A stretch of 40,130 bases of DNA from assembly GCA_010015585.1 (NCBI GenBank), contig ML975178.1; one strand, written 5' to 3'. Under the pieces are notes generated by a model, which searched no databases, was not told the DNA's origin, and saw only the letters and a program-made list of their open reading frames with translations. Position numbers and translations under genes: made by a program. The DNA is from Eremomyces bilateralis CBS 781.70 (Eukaryota). Of this stretch, positions 24,306-35,755 are shown one piece after another. Positions within the stretch are counted from its first letter, which is position 1; each line of letters starts with the position of its first letter.

Positions 24306-26072
24306 CTTTCGCGTCGGTTGGGGTATTGATCTTGCAGAATTTCTGCTGCTTAATGATTTGGTCGCAATGATAAACGAGGATGCGTCGATCTCCCCAGCCC
24401 GAGATAACTGGGGAGAGTATTCTCAATTATGGTTCACCTGGGGCGCGTGAACCAAGAAAGTGAGCCGAAATCGCTGACCACACAATCAAATGCTAGAGCG
24501 GACCATTGAAGATTGGCAATTCGAATCCGTCCAGATCTGAAACATCGAGATATCGAGAAATCGTGATTATCGACAAGTCTTCCTCTCCATGTCGTCGAGG
24601 CAATTGTCGTCCTGGCCGAGAACAGGCAGGAGCAACTGCTTCGAGATTTATGGTGAGCGAACGCCCGATCGCCTTTAATCGAGAATTTATTCCACGGTGG
24701 ACCATGAGGGTTAAACCATATCTTGTCCGTGATCGACCGCACTCTTCGTCGGATGAGGACAACTGTACGGAGCACAGTGCCAAGGCATTTACAACTAGCA
24801 CCGATCGACAAGGACACGAAGATGATCGTGGATCGGACAGGTTACCGATGTTGTCTGTTAGGCTCAAACAAACGGGTCCTTGTATGGTGTTTAGAAATTA
24901 GATATGCATAGATAGGTCAACGAAGGTATTAGTACCCGGAAGTACGTAGTTGGGAGTGATTCCTAGCTCCTTTGCATCTTCGATATCGCCAACAGGGCGA
25001 AAATAAGGTTACTTGGCCCCTGGCTGCCCGCAACCATCGAACAGATTTGAGGACAAAGCCGGTCGTCTTGGCTTTTCGGTGTCTTTTATATCGGAGTATG
25101 CGCACCAAAGTGCGCAGTATCTATGGAAGGTTTCCTGTTGACAAGTCAATCGCAACTGAGAATCGGTACCTTGCTGGAATACCACCAAATTTCTAGAGCT
25201 TCGAAGGGTAAGGAGCTTGAAAACTACCGGCTACGACCTTGGTCTTTATGATGCCGCATTCCAAAGCACCCTCAACTCGATAGAGCTCTACGACTCATAC
25301 GGTCCTACACTCTCAGGCGTCGCTATCGGTTCGAACCAGTCCCGGTAGGAAGACATGTGGTGGAACTTGGATCTGTATCTTTCTGCTACTGTTTGCATGA
25401 CAGGTCACAGGAAGCTGGGGACAGGGGTATCCATAAAAGTGGAGAGTTCACAGGAGAGATGGCATGGGAGGAATTGAATCTTCGAAAAGAACTTGTCTTT
25501 TGAACATCAACAACCTCACGTATAGAACACCGGAAGAGACCCGCAAGGACTTCCAAAGCCAGAATCACAATATGTGAAGCCTGCCGGCCAGCTTCAAGCG
25601 TGGTAAGACATACAGCTCAAGCTTGATGGACCGATCTAGTTCATTCGGATGCCTTGCTATCCCAGTATATGTGCAACCAACGCCCGGCTGAATGCCATCC
25701 TCTCCATCGACTCGATCGTATTGGCCGTGATCTTCAAGAGGCGTCGATGCTGAATGAGACCCACGATCAACGAAACGCGCAATCGTGGGATTCTCGAATT
25801 ATCAACAAGTGATTGGTGCCTCATTCCCTCCATGTCTCTCCCCTACCGTTGGTCTGGAGTCTACTTTCGAGAGAGCTGAGTTGATTGTTATTTTCGGGAG
25901 CTCACTGACATGGCCATTCCTCATACTATTTTCCTAAGTCGGAGTTTCCTGCTGTGCGTAGTTGAGTATTCTTAATTCTTAAAGGGTGGCCGTGGTAGTC
26001 TATGGGTTCCGTTCTCTAGAATTTATTTCTCTATTCTCTTGTCCTTATGAACTGCGTTTTGTGGTCTACATA

Positions 26073-27991
26073 ATGTTCCGACAAGCAAGTTGGGCCATAT
26101 CCGGCCTTGTTGGAATCCTTATCTCGATATTCCCCTCCTACCAAGTTACCGACGATATAAATGAGGTTCCCCGTATCGAGACTTCATGCTCCTTCCCCGT
26201 CTTCTCTCTTTCCTTTATCAAGTCATTGCAAACCAGTCATATCTCCAAGGACAACGTAGAAGTGAAAATAAAATTCTCCATCACGCACCCTAGTATACAT
26301 GATGTGGACAACCAGATTGAATATAATGTTACTCTCAAGCCTATGGCCGATTTGTACCCAACCATGTCAGTTATTGATAATGATCAATTAGCGTTCACGA
26401 ATGGAACCGTAGTATCAAGCCGGATTTTGATCCCGAGGGGCGAAACCTTTTTGCTCCAGAGAACCTGGGAACTCGAGGTTATTGTCGGGACGGTGAATGA
26501 CGGTGTGGGTGGCTCTGGGTTCGACAGGGTCTATGTTTCCTTTCAGAATCGGACAAAAGGCGCTCCTGTAGCCATCTTAACAAGGCCGGCGGAGTATTGG
26601 TAAGGAGCCCCATCCTTTGAGCATGCGAGAATAACTCCGAGACGACTAATTCCCTCTTTAGGCACTCAAGGCTGGAAGAAATGACATACACAAACTTCAC
26701 TTTGCCCAACGCTGGCGAGGCTGTCAGACAAGAGTGCGACTGCGAGAAAATGGTATAGATTCCGGGCCGGACATTGCTTCGTCCGACTCCCCCAGGTGGG
26801 CCTCCGGATCCTACTCTTGGAACCTGACGATATCCAGTCAATATTCAAGTCCGCTGGGAAAAGGATCCCGGTGGCGCTCTTCAAGCCCTGGCTGGTACAG
26901 GAGTTGGGTTGTTTCGAACAATAAATACTCAAGGCCAACTAGACTGGGGCTTTAGGCTCAATGCTTTTGGGCGCGTTTCCAGTGCCTTGACAACTGCAGC
27001 TGACGACTTGCCCGTTGCGGCGAAGCTTTACTTTGACGACGCACACTTCACAATGAAGTCTGGTCCTGACAGGAACAACCTCTAGCCCTGGGAATTTGAC
27101 CTGGAGATCTCGTGGAGCGGAACCCGGATTAACACCGACGCGATTGTTACCCAATAAATCGGTCCGGACCTCGGTCGCGTTTGGTCTGAGTTTCGCAGAA
27201 TCCGCTCCGAAGGAAACGCCATCGTTGGATTGGAAGGCGTCCCCCACATCGATGTCTGGTTCCCAGCTGATGTCTCAGCGTCCAACTACCTTAACAATCG
27301 CATCGCTCTGACGTCAATCCGCAGCTGTCGTCCAGATGTCATGGGTCATGAGTATGGCCATCATGTCATGAATTCTCCTATGGACAACGACATCCCAAGC
27401 ACGAGAGGGGAAAGCCACTCCTTTTGCTCGAACACTGAGACCCCCGGGGATGTCCTGAGTGGAAGGTTATGCCACTGCATTTGGCCTCCGAGTCCTTGGT
27501 CTCGATCAGTATGCGAGCCTCAATCTAGCCGCCTACTCCTGTTCAGTCAACCGAGACATGACTTCAGATGAGGGCCGCGTGGCAGCCGGGCTGCTCGATC
27601 TGATGGATGATGAGGGAACCACTCCCGAGTGCGCAGGTGGCAACGATGATCTAGGCCGTTTAGGATGGTGTGATCGCACCCGAGGCACTCTCTTCACGCC
27701 GCGGGCGTCCTAAGAGATTCGCTTGTCGGGCCACAGGTTTCCAGTGTGACTGCTTGGTGGGAGAGGTTAGCGGGGTCACGCAGGGGGCAAACGGGCATAG
27801 CGGATGGGTGGGAAGCCATGCGGTTCAACTACCATCCGCTCGCCCCTTGCAGACTCAGAACCTTCGGGAGGTACTGTCTTACTCTACCTGGCTGGCCTTG
27901 GATAAGCCTTCTGCTTATCAGAACTGACTCTTGGCCACCACTGCCGCCACGATTCACTCCTCGACCGCCTCCATTCCAAGGTAGAGGATAG
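26073..27991 (+). pseudogene. Decayed secreted zinc metallopeptidase (HExxH), mycolysin/M5-like
   Basis: Signal-peptide-like start at ATG 26073. Intron GTAAGG...CTAAT...TAG (26600-26661) puts exon 1 in frame with HEYGH at 27347-27361. Downstream S*VEGYA and DEGRVAAGLLDLMD. In-frame stops at 26756, 26825, 27083, 27155 and 27456; frameshifts near 27445 and 27705. Confidence 0.75.
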
Positions 27992-28607
27992 TGATTGTAG
28001 GTTAGGGACAATATAGAGTAACTGAGGGGCGGAAAGAAAGTTACAACAGTTATAATCCGGCCGACTAAAAAGAAAAAGAGAGACATGTTTCCTAACGGGT
28101 AGGCAAATATTGATACCTGTACGTCAAGGGGAAGCCATATCTCAATGACTCCGATACTCCGCGTATATTCCTTCATGCATGTTTATTCGCCGTGATGCTC
28201 GAGCAAAGAACAAATCCGAAATAGTACCATCCTAAAAGCTGCTCCCAACCCAAAAAAGGCCATTATCTGCCTGTACTCCTTGGTTCTATCATGGTCATGT
28301 GTCGTGGAATCCACTATCTCCTTATAATCATCATCGAGATAGCCTTCTCCATGTGATAGGCAGTCAAACCAATCCTTATATTGAATAGTAGACATCTTCT
28401 TTATTTCCAAGTGCGTTTTTCAATAATCTGCACACAGACGCACATCCCACCGCTGCAATCCCCATCGAAAGTACATGATGGCCGATTCCGACCCGCCCTA
28501 GGCATCACAAGATGCACCCAAGGTCAATGATTGGGAAGGTAAGTTACGAGTATAATCCGTGAACCAGGGGTTGAAGTCGAGTACTAACGGAGTTCTTCAG
28601 TTGCAGC

Positions 28608-29350
28608 TACTACAGCTTCGAGGTGATTTCTGATGTAACCATTCGCACTTCTCGGCTGGAGATTCGGGCACATTGAATCCTACTTGCGGACAGATCTTCC
28701 TGGTTCAAGACCGCGTGCTTGGTATCATCCGCAGAGTTGCGATCCCGCCTTGTTTATTCCTGCTCCTATACTGGGCTCTCAAAGGACGCTTCTAAGGAAG
28801 TAATTGAGCTGTTCTATGATTCGAACTAACTCAAAATCTTCTTCAAATTCATCTATGGGCTAGGGCTTCCTTTCAAAGCGCCAACAGATGGTGAAAACAT
28901 CGGAGACGCAGCAATGCTAATCGGGCTAGTGGACCTTCGCACCGTGGCTGACAAGTACGAGGTCACTAGTCTCCAGCAACGATATTAGGGGGGCATTGCG
29001 ATGCAGCTCGATTCCTATTGGAACAGAGGGCGACTTTCATCCGCACTCCAGACATCGGTGGGTGATGGTATTTCTGCAGCGTCCTTGAATGGGCTTTTTT
29101 TCTGGGACCTATCGATATTCTGGACCTGCTTGAGGAACTTTATAAATGGGATATCCCTGGGGTGATGGACAAAGGCCGCTATCCACCAGGTCCACATTCA
29201 GACGCTTCCGATACTCGAACTAGAGAAGGATATGCCAGTATACGCAACGGCATACAGGGAACTACTGCGTGTGACGGCTATGAACCTGTGAGCAGGATAT
29301 GCCAGTGTACACCACGGCAAACAGGGAGCTACTGTGTGCGGCGGCTATGA
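28608..29350 (+). pseudogene. Decayed BTB/POZ-domain gene; 3' end approximate
   Basis: A single frame reads ISDVTIRTSRLEIRAH*ILLADRSSWFKTAC...VIELFYDSN*LKIFFKFIYG...LVDLRTVADKYEVTSLQ, the typical fungal BTB pattern. Stops TGA 28674, TAA 28827, TAG 28986. An intron-like GTAAGT...ACTAAC...CAG lies just upstream (~28539-28606). Confidence 0.78.
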
Positions 29351-29707
29351 ACGCATGAGCAAGACGGAACGGGAAGTCCAACTATCATTGTCGTAGCTAA
29401 TAGACTGAATTCCAATGTTAGAATGCGAGATCATAGACAGCTTTCGCAACTCTACCTAACTTATGTCTTTAATGGTGATCATAGGTGACGGACGCTGTAG
29501 AATAAGACATAATAATAGAATAAGACGTCGTTTCAACTTTCAATGGAGTGGTTGGAATCCTTCGATCTGTGATTGGCTATGAAAAATTTCCCCACATGAG
29601 CCTCATTATGTACCAACAGCAACTATGTTCGGGAGCTTCGACTCATCAACGTTGTCTACTCATCGCTGATATCTGAGACCGCGATCCATTCGGAGAAAAA
29701 GGGCGCG

Positions 29708-31585
29708 ATGGTGAGATCAGTTCTTCGGGGAGCCTGTTTCCGGCCATCTCTGGCCAGGGCAGTTCCAATTGCTCGGAGCATCCAGTAAGTTCCTCCGATT
29801 CTCGGAGCTGTTCTGCTCGTCAAGACTGACTTTTGCCGCTATTATCATAGGAGAGCCTCATTCTCGAGTAGTATACACTACAGAACGTCCGATGACCAGG
29901 CCTTGAATAAAATCAGCGGAAATGTCACCTTACCGAAGGCGCAGGGTGCCTCGCAGGCAATGCTGTATGCCACGGGCTTCACGGAAGCAGATATGCATAA
30001 GGCGCAAGTGGGAATCGTGTCCAATTGGTTCTCAGGGAATCCGTGCAACATGCATCTTATGACTCTGAACGATAAGGTGAAGGAGGGAGTGCAGAAAGCT
30101 GGTCTGATGCCCATGCAGTTCAATACAATTGGCGTCAGCGATGCTATTTCGATGGGGACGAAAGGGATGAGGTACTCCCTGCAATCCCGAGACGTCATCG
30201 CAGACTCGATTGAGACGATGATGTGTGGCCAATGGTACGATTCGAACATCTCAATCCCTGGTTGCGACAAGAATATGCCGGGTGTGGTCATGGCCATGGG
30301 CCGTGTGAATCGACCATCGATCATGGTATATGGAGGCACCATCGCTCCCGGATGCGCGAAGACCCGGGAAAACGAGCAGATAGATATCGTCTCCGCATTC
30401 CAATCCTACGGACAGTTCCTCTCCGGAGAGATCAATGAGGAATCCCGCTTCGACATTATCCGCAACGCGTGTCCTGGACAAGGTGCCTGCGGTGGTATGT
30501 ACACTGCTAACACCATGGCTACCGCAATCGAAACCATCGGCCTTTCGCTCCCGGGCTCGTCCTCTAACCCTGCCGCATCCGCCGCGAAGCAGCTTGAATG
30601 CTTGGCAGCAGGCAGCGCGATTAGGAACCTCCTGAAGGAAGATATCCGACCCAAAGACATCATCACCCGCCAGGCGCTTGAAGACGCAATGGTCATCACC
30701 ATGATCCTCGGTGGCTCCACCAATCTGGTCCTGCATCTCATCGCGATGGCAGATAGCGTGGGCATCAAACTCACTATCGACGACTTCCAATCCGTATCCG
30801 ACCGCACCCCCTATCTCGCCGACCTCAAGCCATCCGGCAAGTACGTCATGGCCGACCTCTTCGACCTCGGCGGCACGCCAGCCATCCATAAGTTCCTCCT
30901 CAAAGAAGGTTTAATCAGCGGCTCCGGCATCACCGTGACGGGTAAGACACTAAAAGAGAACGTCGCCAACGCACGCGACCTCCCCTCCGACCAACAAATC
31001 ATCCGCCCGCTAAGCAACCCCATCAAACCCACTGGACACATCACGATCCTCCGCGGGTCCCTCGCACCGGGCGGCTCCGTCGGGAAGATCACCGGCAAGG
31101 AAGGCACGACGTTCGAAGGCACCGCGAAGGTCTACGACGCCGAAGACGACTTCATCGCGGCGCTGGAGCGCAACGAGCTGAAGAAGGGTGAGAAGACCAT
31201 CGTCATCATCCGCTACGAGGGGCCGAAAGGCGGGCCCGGCATGCCTGAGATGTTGAAGCCGTCGAGCGCGATCATGGGCGCCGGTCTGGGCAACGACGTG
31301 GCGCTGATCACGGACGGGCGGTTTAGTGGTGGGAGCCACGGGTTCTTGATCGGACACGTTGTGCCGGAGGCGCAGGAGGGTGGACCCATCGCGCTGGTGA
31401 AGGACGGTGACGTGATCGAGATCAACGCGGAGACGCGAGAGGTGAATCTGAAGGTGGATAAGGAGGAGCTGGACAGGAGAAGGCAGTTGTGGACGACGCC
31501 GAAGTTGAAGTATGAGAAGGGGACGTTGTATAAATATGCGAAGAGCGTCCAGGATGCGAGCCATGGCTGCATTACGGATGGCTGA
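29708..31585 (+). CDS. ILV3: Mitochondrial dihydroxy-acid dehydratase (IlvD/Edd family), ~603 aa; exons 29708-29784 and 29851-31585
   Basis: [53 protein letters not shown]. An upstream Arg-rich presequence exon ([18 protein letters not shown]) is joined in frame by intron GTAAGT...ACTGAC...TAG (29785-29850). Confidence 0.97.
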
Positions 31586-32200
31586 GAGGTTGTTTATACA
31601 TTAGTGCAAAAGCCCTCGGATGCCTACCTTACGGCGTTGAAAAGTTGGTTGAATAGATACTGGTAACATGCTCTCAGCGTTGTTGACCATCCTGTGAAGA
31701 CAAAATCCCTACCTTTTGACCTGGCGTCCTTTCCAATGGGCACTGGGTGTTACTGAGGTAGGGAATATCAAATACATGGACTTTCTATCGGTATTCAGTT
31801 CCTCTTGTCTGGTCAAGTTGTAGCTCGTTTACTGACATCCCATGCAATATTGTTCTTTTAACATCTATTTGCCATGCGCTTCACAGCCTGTCCAATCCAA
31901 GTCATTATATTTCACAAAATTTTATATATAGCTGAAACTGAAATGGTGTCAATGCTTCTTAATATTGAAGAGGGTGGCAAATTCAGTCCTCTATAGGTGA
32001 GTGTGCTACAACAACAATACGCTATACATTTTGGGCGGTACAATATGAACGATCCCGTCGCTTCAAGCGCTTCCAAAGACCGCTAGCTCATGTCCCCAAA
32101 CGCCATCAATGCTATGCAATGCATTCAATGTACCGGAAACCCATTTCAAACTCCAGTGTTCATCAATCATTCGGCTCTTCCTGCCGTCCCTGTCGTTTCG

Positions 32201-32628
32201 TCACTCTTTCTTATACGACTCCATCGCTTTCTCCAGCGCCTCCAACGAATCCCTGTCACCGTACGCGTCCATCAACGCGCTGTATTTCTCCGCGACCGGA
32301 TCAACGCCCTTCTGCTGCATCTTCGCCATGCTGACTTGCTGGCTTCGAACATAGCTTGCGGCGCCCGCCGCGACGGCGGAGACGGCGAGGACGGGAAGTG
32401 CCCTGGATATCCCTAGTCAGTCCGGTTCGGCATCTAGGGCGGTAGGCGGAGTTGAGTTACTCACCATCTTGACATACTGCCTGATCGCGAGGCTTTGGCG
32501 GCGGTGGCCGCGGCGGAGGAGGGGGCGGAGTAAGCGTTATATCCCTTTGAACTCGACATGGACGATATTGGTTCCGGTTGGGGGGAGGCAGTTGCATAGA
32601 AGTTCCGGCGGGGTTGGTGCTGGGACAT
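32201..32628 (-). CDS. Small hypothetical protein with one hydrophobic segment, 121 aa; exons 32628-32465 and 32402-32201
   Basis: Intron GTGAGT...ACTGAC...CAG (32464-32403) joins ...SMSRW to ALPVLAVSAVAAGAASYVRSQ...LMDAYGDRDSLEALEKAMESYKKE*. Exon 2 has strongly GC3-biased codons. Confidence 0.8.
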
Positions 32629-34956
32629 CGTTTTCGGTGGACGACGATTCGTAGGATACTGAGGGGTTCGAATGGTCGTTGGAGGGGGATTCTTCGTTAC
32701 GGCGGTCCCCAAGACGCCGTTCTCAAACAATTACGATTGAACGACGAGGAATTGAATGGATGCAAGAGGCCGCGTGGCTGGAGGACGCGAATTGCAAGAA
32801 CAGAGGAAAGGAAGTCGCCAAGTATGTTGATCTCGGTCCAAAGGCACGGTTTCAGCAGACAACCCGCGGCTGGAGACCCTGGTCGAGCAGTTGATATTGC
32901 GGAGGGACTAGGGTTTACATATACTCGGTTGTAAGACTCGCACAATCACAGGGGATGTATACGATGGATCAAGTCAGACAATCAAATCGAATCCAAAATT
33001 ATGCAGATAGAAAGGAATCGCTTTTCTCGGGTAATCAAGGTCATGATAAACACTCTACCAGTCGATTCTCGTGACGGCATGACCATGAGACGGCTCGGAA
33101 ACGTCAGGCAACAATGGTACTAGTTGCGGAATCGCCTAGCTGCAGTTCATTTCCACTACAAAAATGTCAAACGTGAAACCCCGATTCCCCATCCGAGCAT
33201 CCGTCACTCGCGTTATGGCGTGTCTCGTGAGAATGGAGGACCCTGGGCCCGATGGGTGGGCTAAGATGCGGCCACTGGTGACGCGCTGAAGCGGGAACAC
33301 TAGGATGTGATAGGATGCTGCAGCCTGGAGCACCGCCCAGGCGCCGTTGCTCGGGGCCGACTGTGACAGCCGGCAAGGTTTGTTCTGAGCGTTTGCCGCT
33401 GTCGTCATGGAGCTTGCAGACTGGTGGGCTGTGTTCACGACAAGCCCAAAGCCAAGCAACAAGACATGAGGTGGAGGTGGCGTGAGGGGACAAGGACAGG
33501 GCGGAGTCGCGGAGAAACCTGAAGGGATGGCGGTAGTGAGGACTGCGGAGAGGAGCTCTTTTCAGCTCGTGTGACCGAGACGCTTGCCGTTCTTTAAAAT
33601 TGATGCCAATTAACTCCCTATTCCTGTTAAGAAATCACCATAATCTGAGAGAGGACCCTCTTTGGTAAAGGGTCAAGACCCAAGATGACCTTTGGGCTTT
33701 GGCAAACACCAAGCATCTGGATTTATTCCCGGTAGCGTACGAGAAACCTGAAAATCTCAAGACTTTGTTTGGTCTGCAACCTAACCTCATTCCTCTAATT
33801 CTGCACTGTGCACCCGACGAGAGCCGCAAAGTGGAGACCTAGAGGCTAACATACTTGAACAAAAGAAGACTTCAGTTTCTTTCGCAGTTTGCTGTCTGTA
33901 TCATTCTCGACTCCAACGCGAAGCAGTGCGAAGGGGAAAACATATGGAGGGAGTGCCGCGCCGGGCCAGGTTGATGATCCAACATGAAATGACTACAAGT
34001 CCCGTCTGATGCGTACAAACCATTCCCCAGACTTCGTTTGAATCACGATAGCTGCAGATTCCAAGTTGTATCTCTCTTCCGCCGTTCATCCTACTTCCTT
34101 CTCGATGCCTCTGGGGAATCTCGCCTGAGCGGGCGGGAAATACTATAACACTCAATGGCGGACTGCCCGTAAGAAGAGAATGAGGAGGGACTTGACGCTG
34201 AAGGACTGGGGTCTTCTATAAGAGGACCGACATTTCAGCAAAGTCTGGAGAACGATGAGGCTTAAATGAGAACCATAAATGCGCAGAACGAGCAGCGTCG
34301 GTTGGCTTCTTCGATAATATTCATATTCGAATATGTTGAACACCTTGATCGCCCTCGCTACTCTACGTGATGATAGCTCTGGTTGAGATGGCGTGTCTGG
34401 CAAGGCATTGAGCGATTCTGACGGTTGACGGCTTTGGTGAATGACTCTATCCTTTTGTCTCTCCCTAGCCGCTGAACAAATTCTGCCAAAGTCTGAAAGG
34501 GGTTTGCGACAGTAACCCGTTTAGCCTTTATCGACGTCTCAATCCCGTCTTGTTCTCTGATCGTGTACGGCAGAAAGGTGTCATATGCCAAATGCGTTTG
34601 CTTGCACCACACTTGACTGTTCACTCGTGACTGTATCATCATAATTTACCTCCACAGCGAAGACACGATGGAATTTCAATTTCAATTCATGTCCTATCAC
34701 TTGTTTTCCTACACTTCCTCCAGACCGTTACTGTTACCGCAAGACACCAATCCGCTGCTCTCTCAATCATCGCCATCAGTCATGAGAAATTATCGAGTAC
34801 ACTCATATCACACTTAACAAAGCCTCATTCCAACACTCTTACCGCGTCTTCGCGTAGTTCAACTCGTTCATATCACCATCTGAACCTCCCACATCTCAGA
34901 ATCACCCAATACGCGCGTTCAATCAGTCATCTCTCCTCCGTACCCAACCACCAACC

Positions 34957-35421
34957 ATGTGCCGCCCCATTACCTACCACTACTCCTGCGGCTGCATCCA
35001 CAAACGCGTCCGTCACTGCCTCTCCGGCTGCGCATACCACTCCCACCTTGCGACCTCCCCGGAACCGCACCCCCATGTCATCCCCGCGGGCCCGGACCCG
35101 CTAGAGCACGTGGACAAGATCGTGCGCGCTGACTTTTGCGCGACATGCGAGCAGTTAGAGGAGGAGGGGTTCTTCGAGGAGCCGAGGAGGGTGGTATGTG
35201 GGTATGTGGAGAGGGTGGGGGATTGGAAGGGGTGGCAGGATTGGAGTTTGAGGGGGAGGCGGGNNNNNNNNNNNNNNNNNNNNNNNNNNNNNNNNNNNNN
35301 NNNNNNNNNNNNNNNNNNNNNNNNNNNNNNGGGGGATGGGGAGAGGGAGATGAGGTGGCCGAGAAGAGTGATGTTTGCGGTGATGGCTTGGGTACCGACA
35401 GGGAGATGTGGGCGTGTCTAG
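34957..35421 (+). CDS. Small Cys/His-rich hypothetical protein; 3' end uncertain because of the assembly gap
   Basis: Good start context (CAAACCATG) after a pyrimidine-rich leader. MC..ITYHYSCGC.H...HC...C and a distal C..C are typical of small fungal putative Zn-binding proteins. Confidence 0.6.
   Translation: MCRPITYHYSCGCIHKRVRHCLSGCAYHSHLATSPEPHPHVIPAGPDPLEHVDKIVRADFCATCEQLEEEGFFEEPRRVVCGYVERVGDWKGWQDWSLRGRRXXXXXXXXXXXXXXXXXXXXXXXGDGEREMRWPRRVMFAVMAWVPTGRCGRV
35264..35330. other. Assembly gap (67 N)
   Basis: Run of n characters flanked by G-runs. Confidence 0.99.
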
Positions 35422-35755
35422 ATATGAGTTGGATGATACAGGTGTTCCGTGATTGGCGATTCAGGTACCATCCAATTGTTTGAGAAGAACTTTTGCAAAG
35501 GGTCAACGATAAAATGAGACGAAGATGGCACATTGTGGCGTCATATCTAAATATGGGTTCTTATGTACCATGGGTACATACTAATTCGAGGCGTTTAGCC
35601 TATAAAAGTAGGAGATGGTGTGTGCTGCTGCGTCAAGCCCCACCTAGGCTCGAAACATCAAACGAATGCAAACCGTTCTCCTGAAGCACGGTCTTGGCAA
35701 ATAAAAGTACTTCCACTGTTCGTTCAGCATGGAAAAGCGTTGCGTCGAACTTGCT

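Noticed and set aside
29498..29526. 11-bp direct repeat TAGAATAAGAC (similarly TCTAATCTAC at 40047 and 40108)
   Set aside because: Only two short copies in AT-rich DNA; compatible with slippage or chance.
29708..31585. ILV3 as an AstD-like self-resistance gene of an aspterric-acid-type cluster
   Set aside because: No terpene cyclase, P450, PKS or NRPS is recognisable in the window; the gene looks like the housekeeping mitochondrial enzyme.
33635..34642. Chain of short minus-strand ORFs as a possible pseudogene
   Set aside because: No recognisable domain, and I could not build a consistent spliced model.
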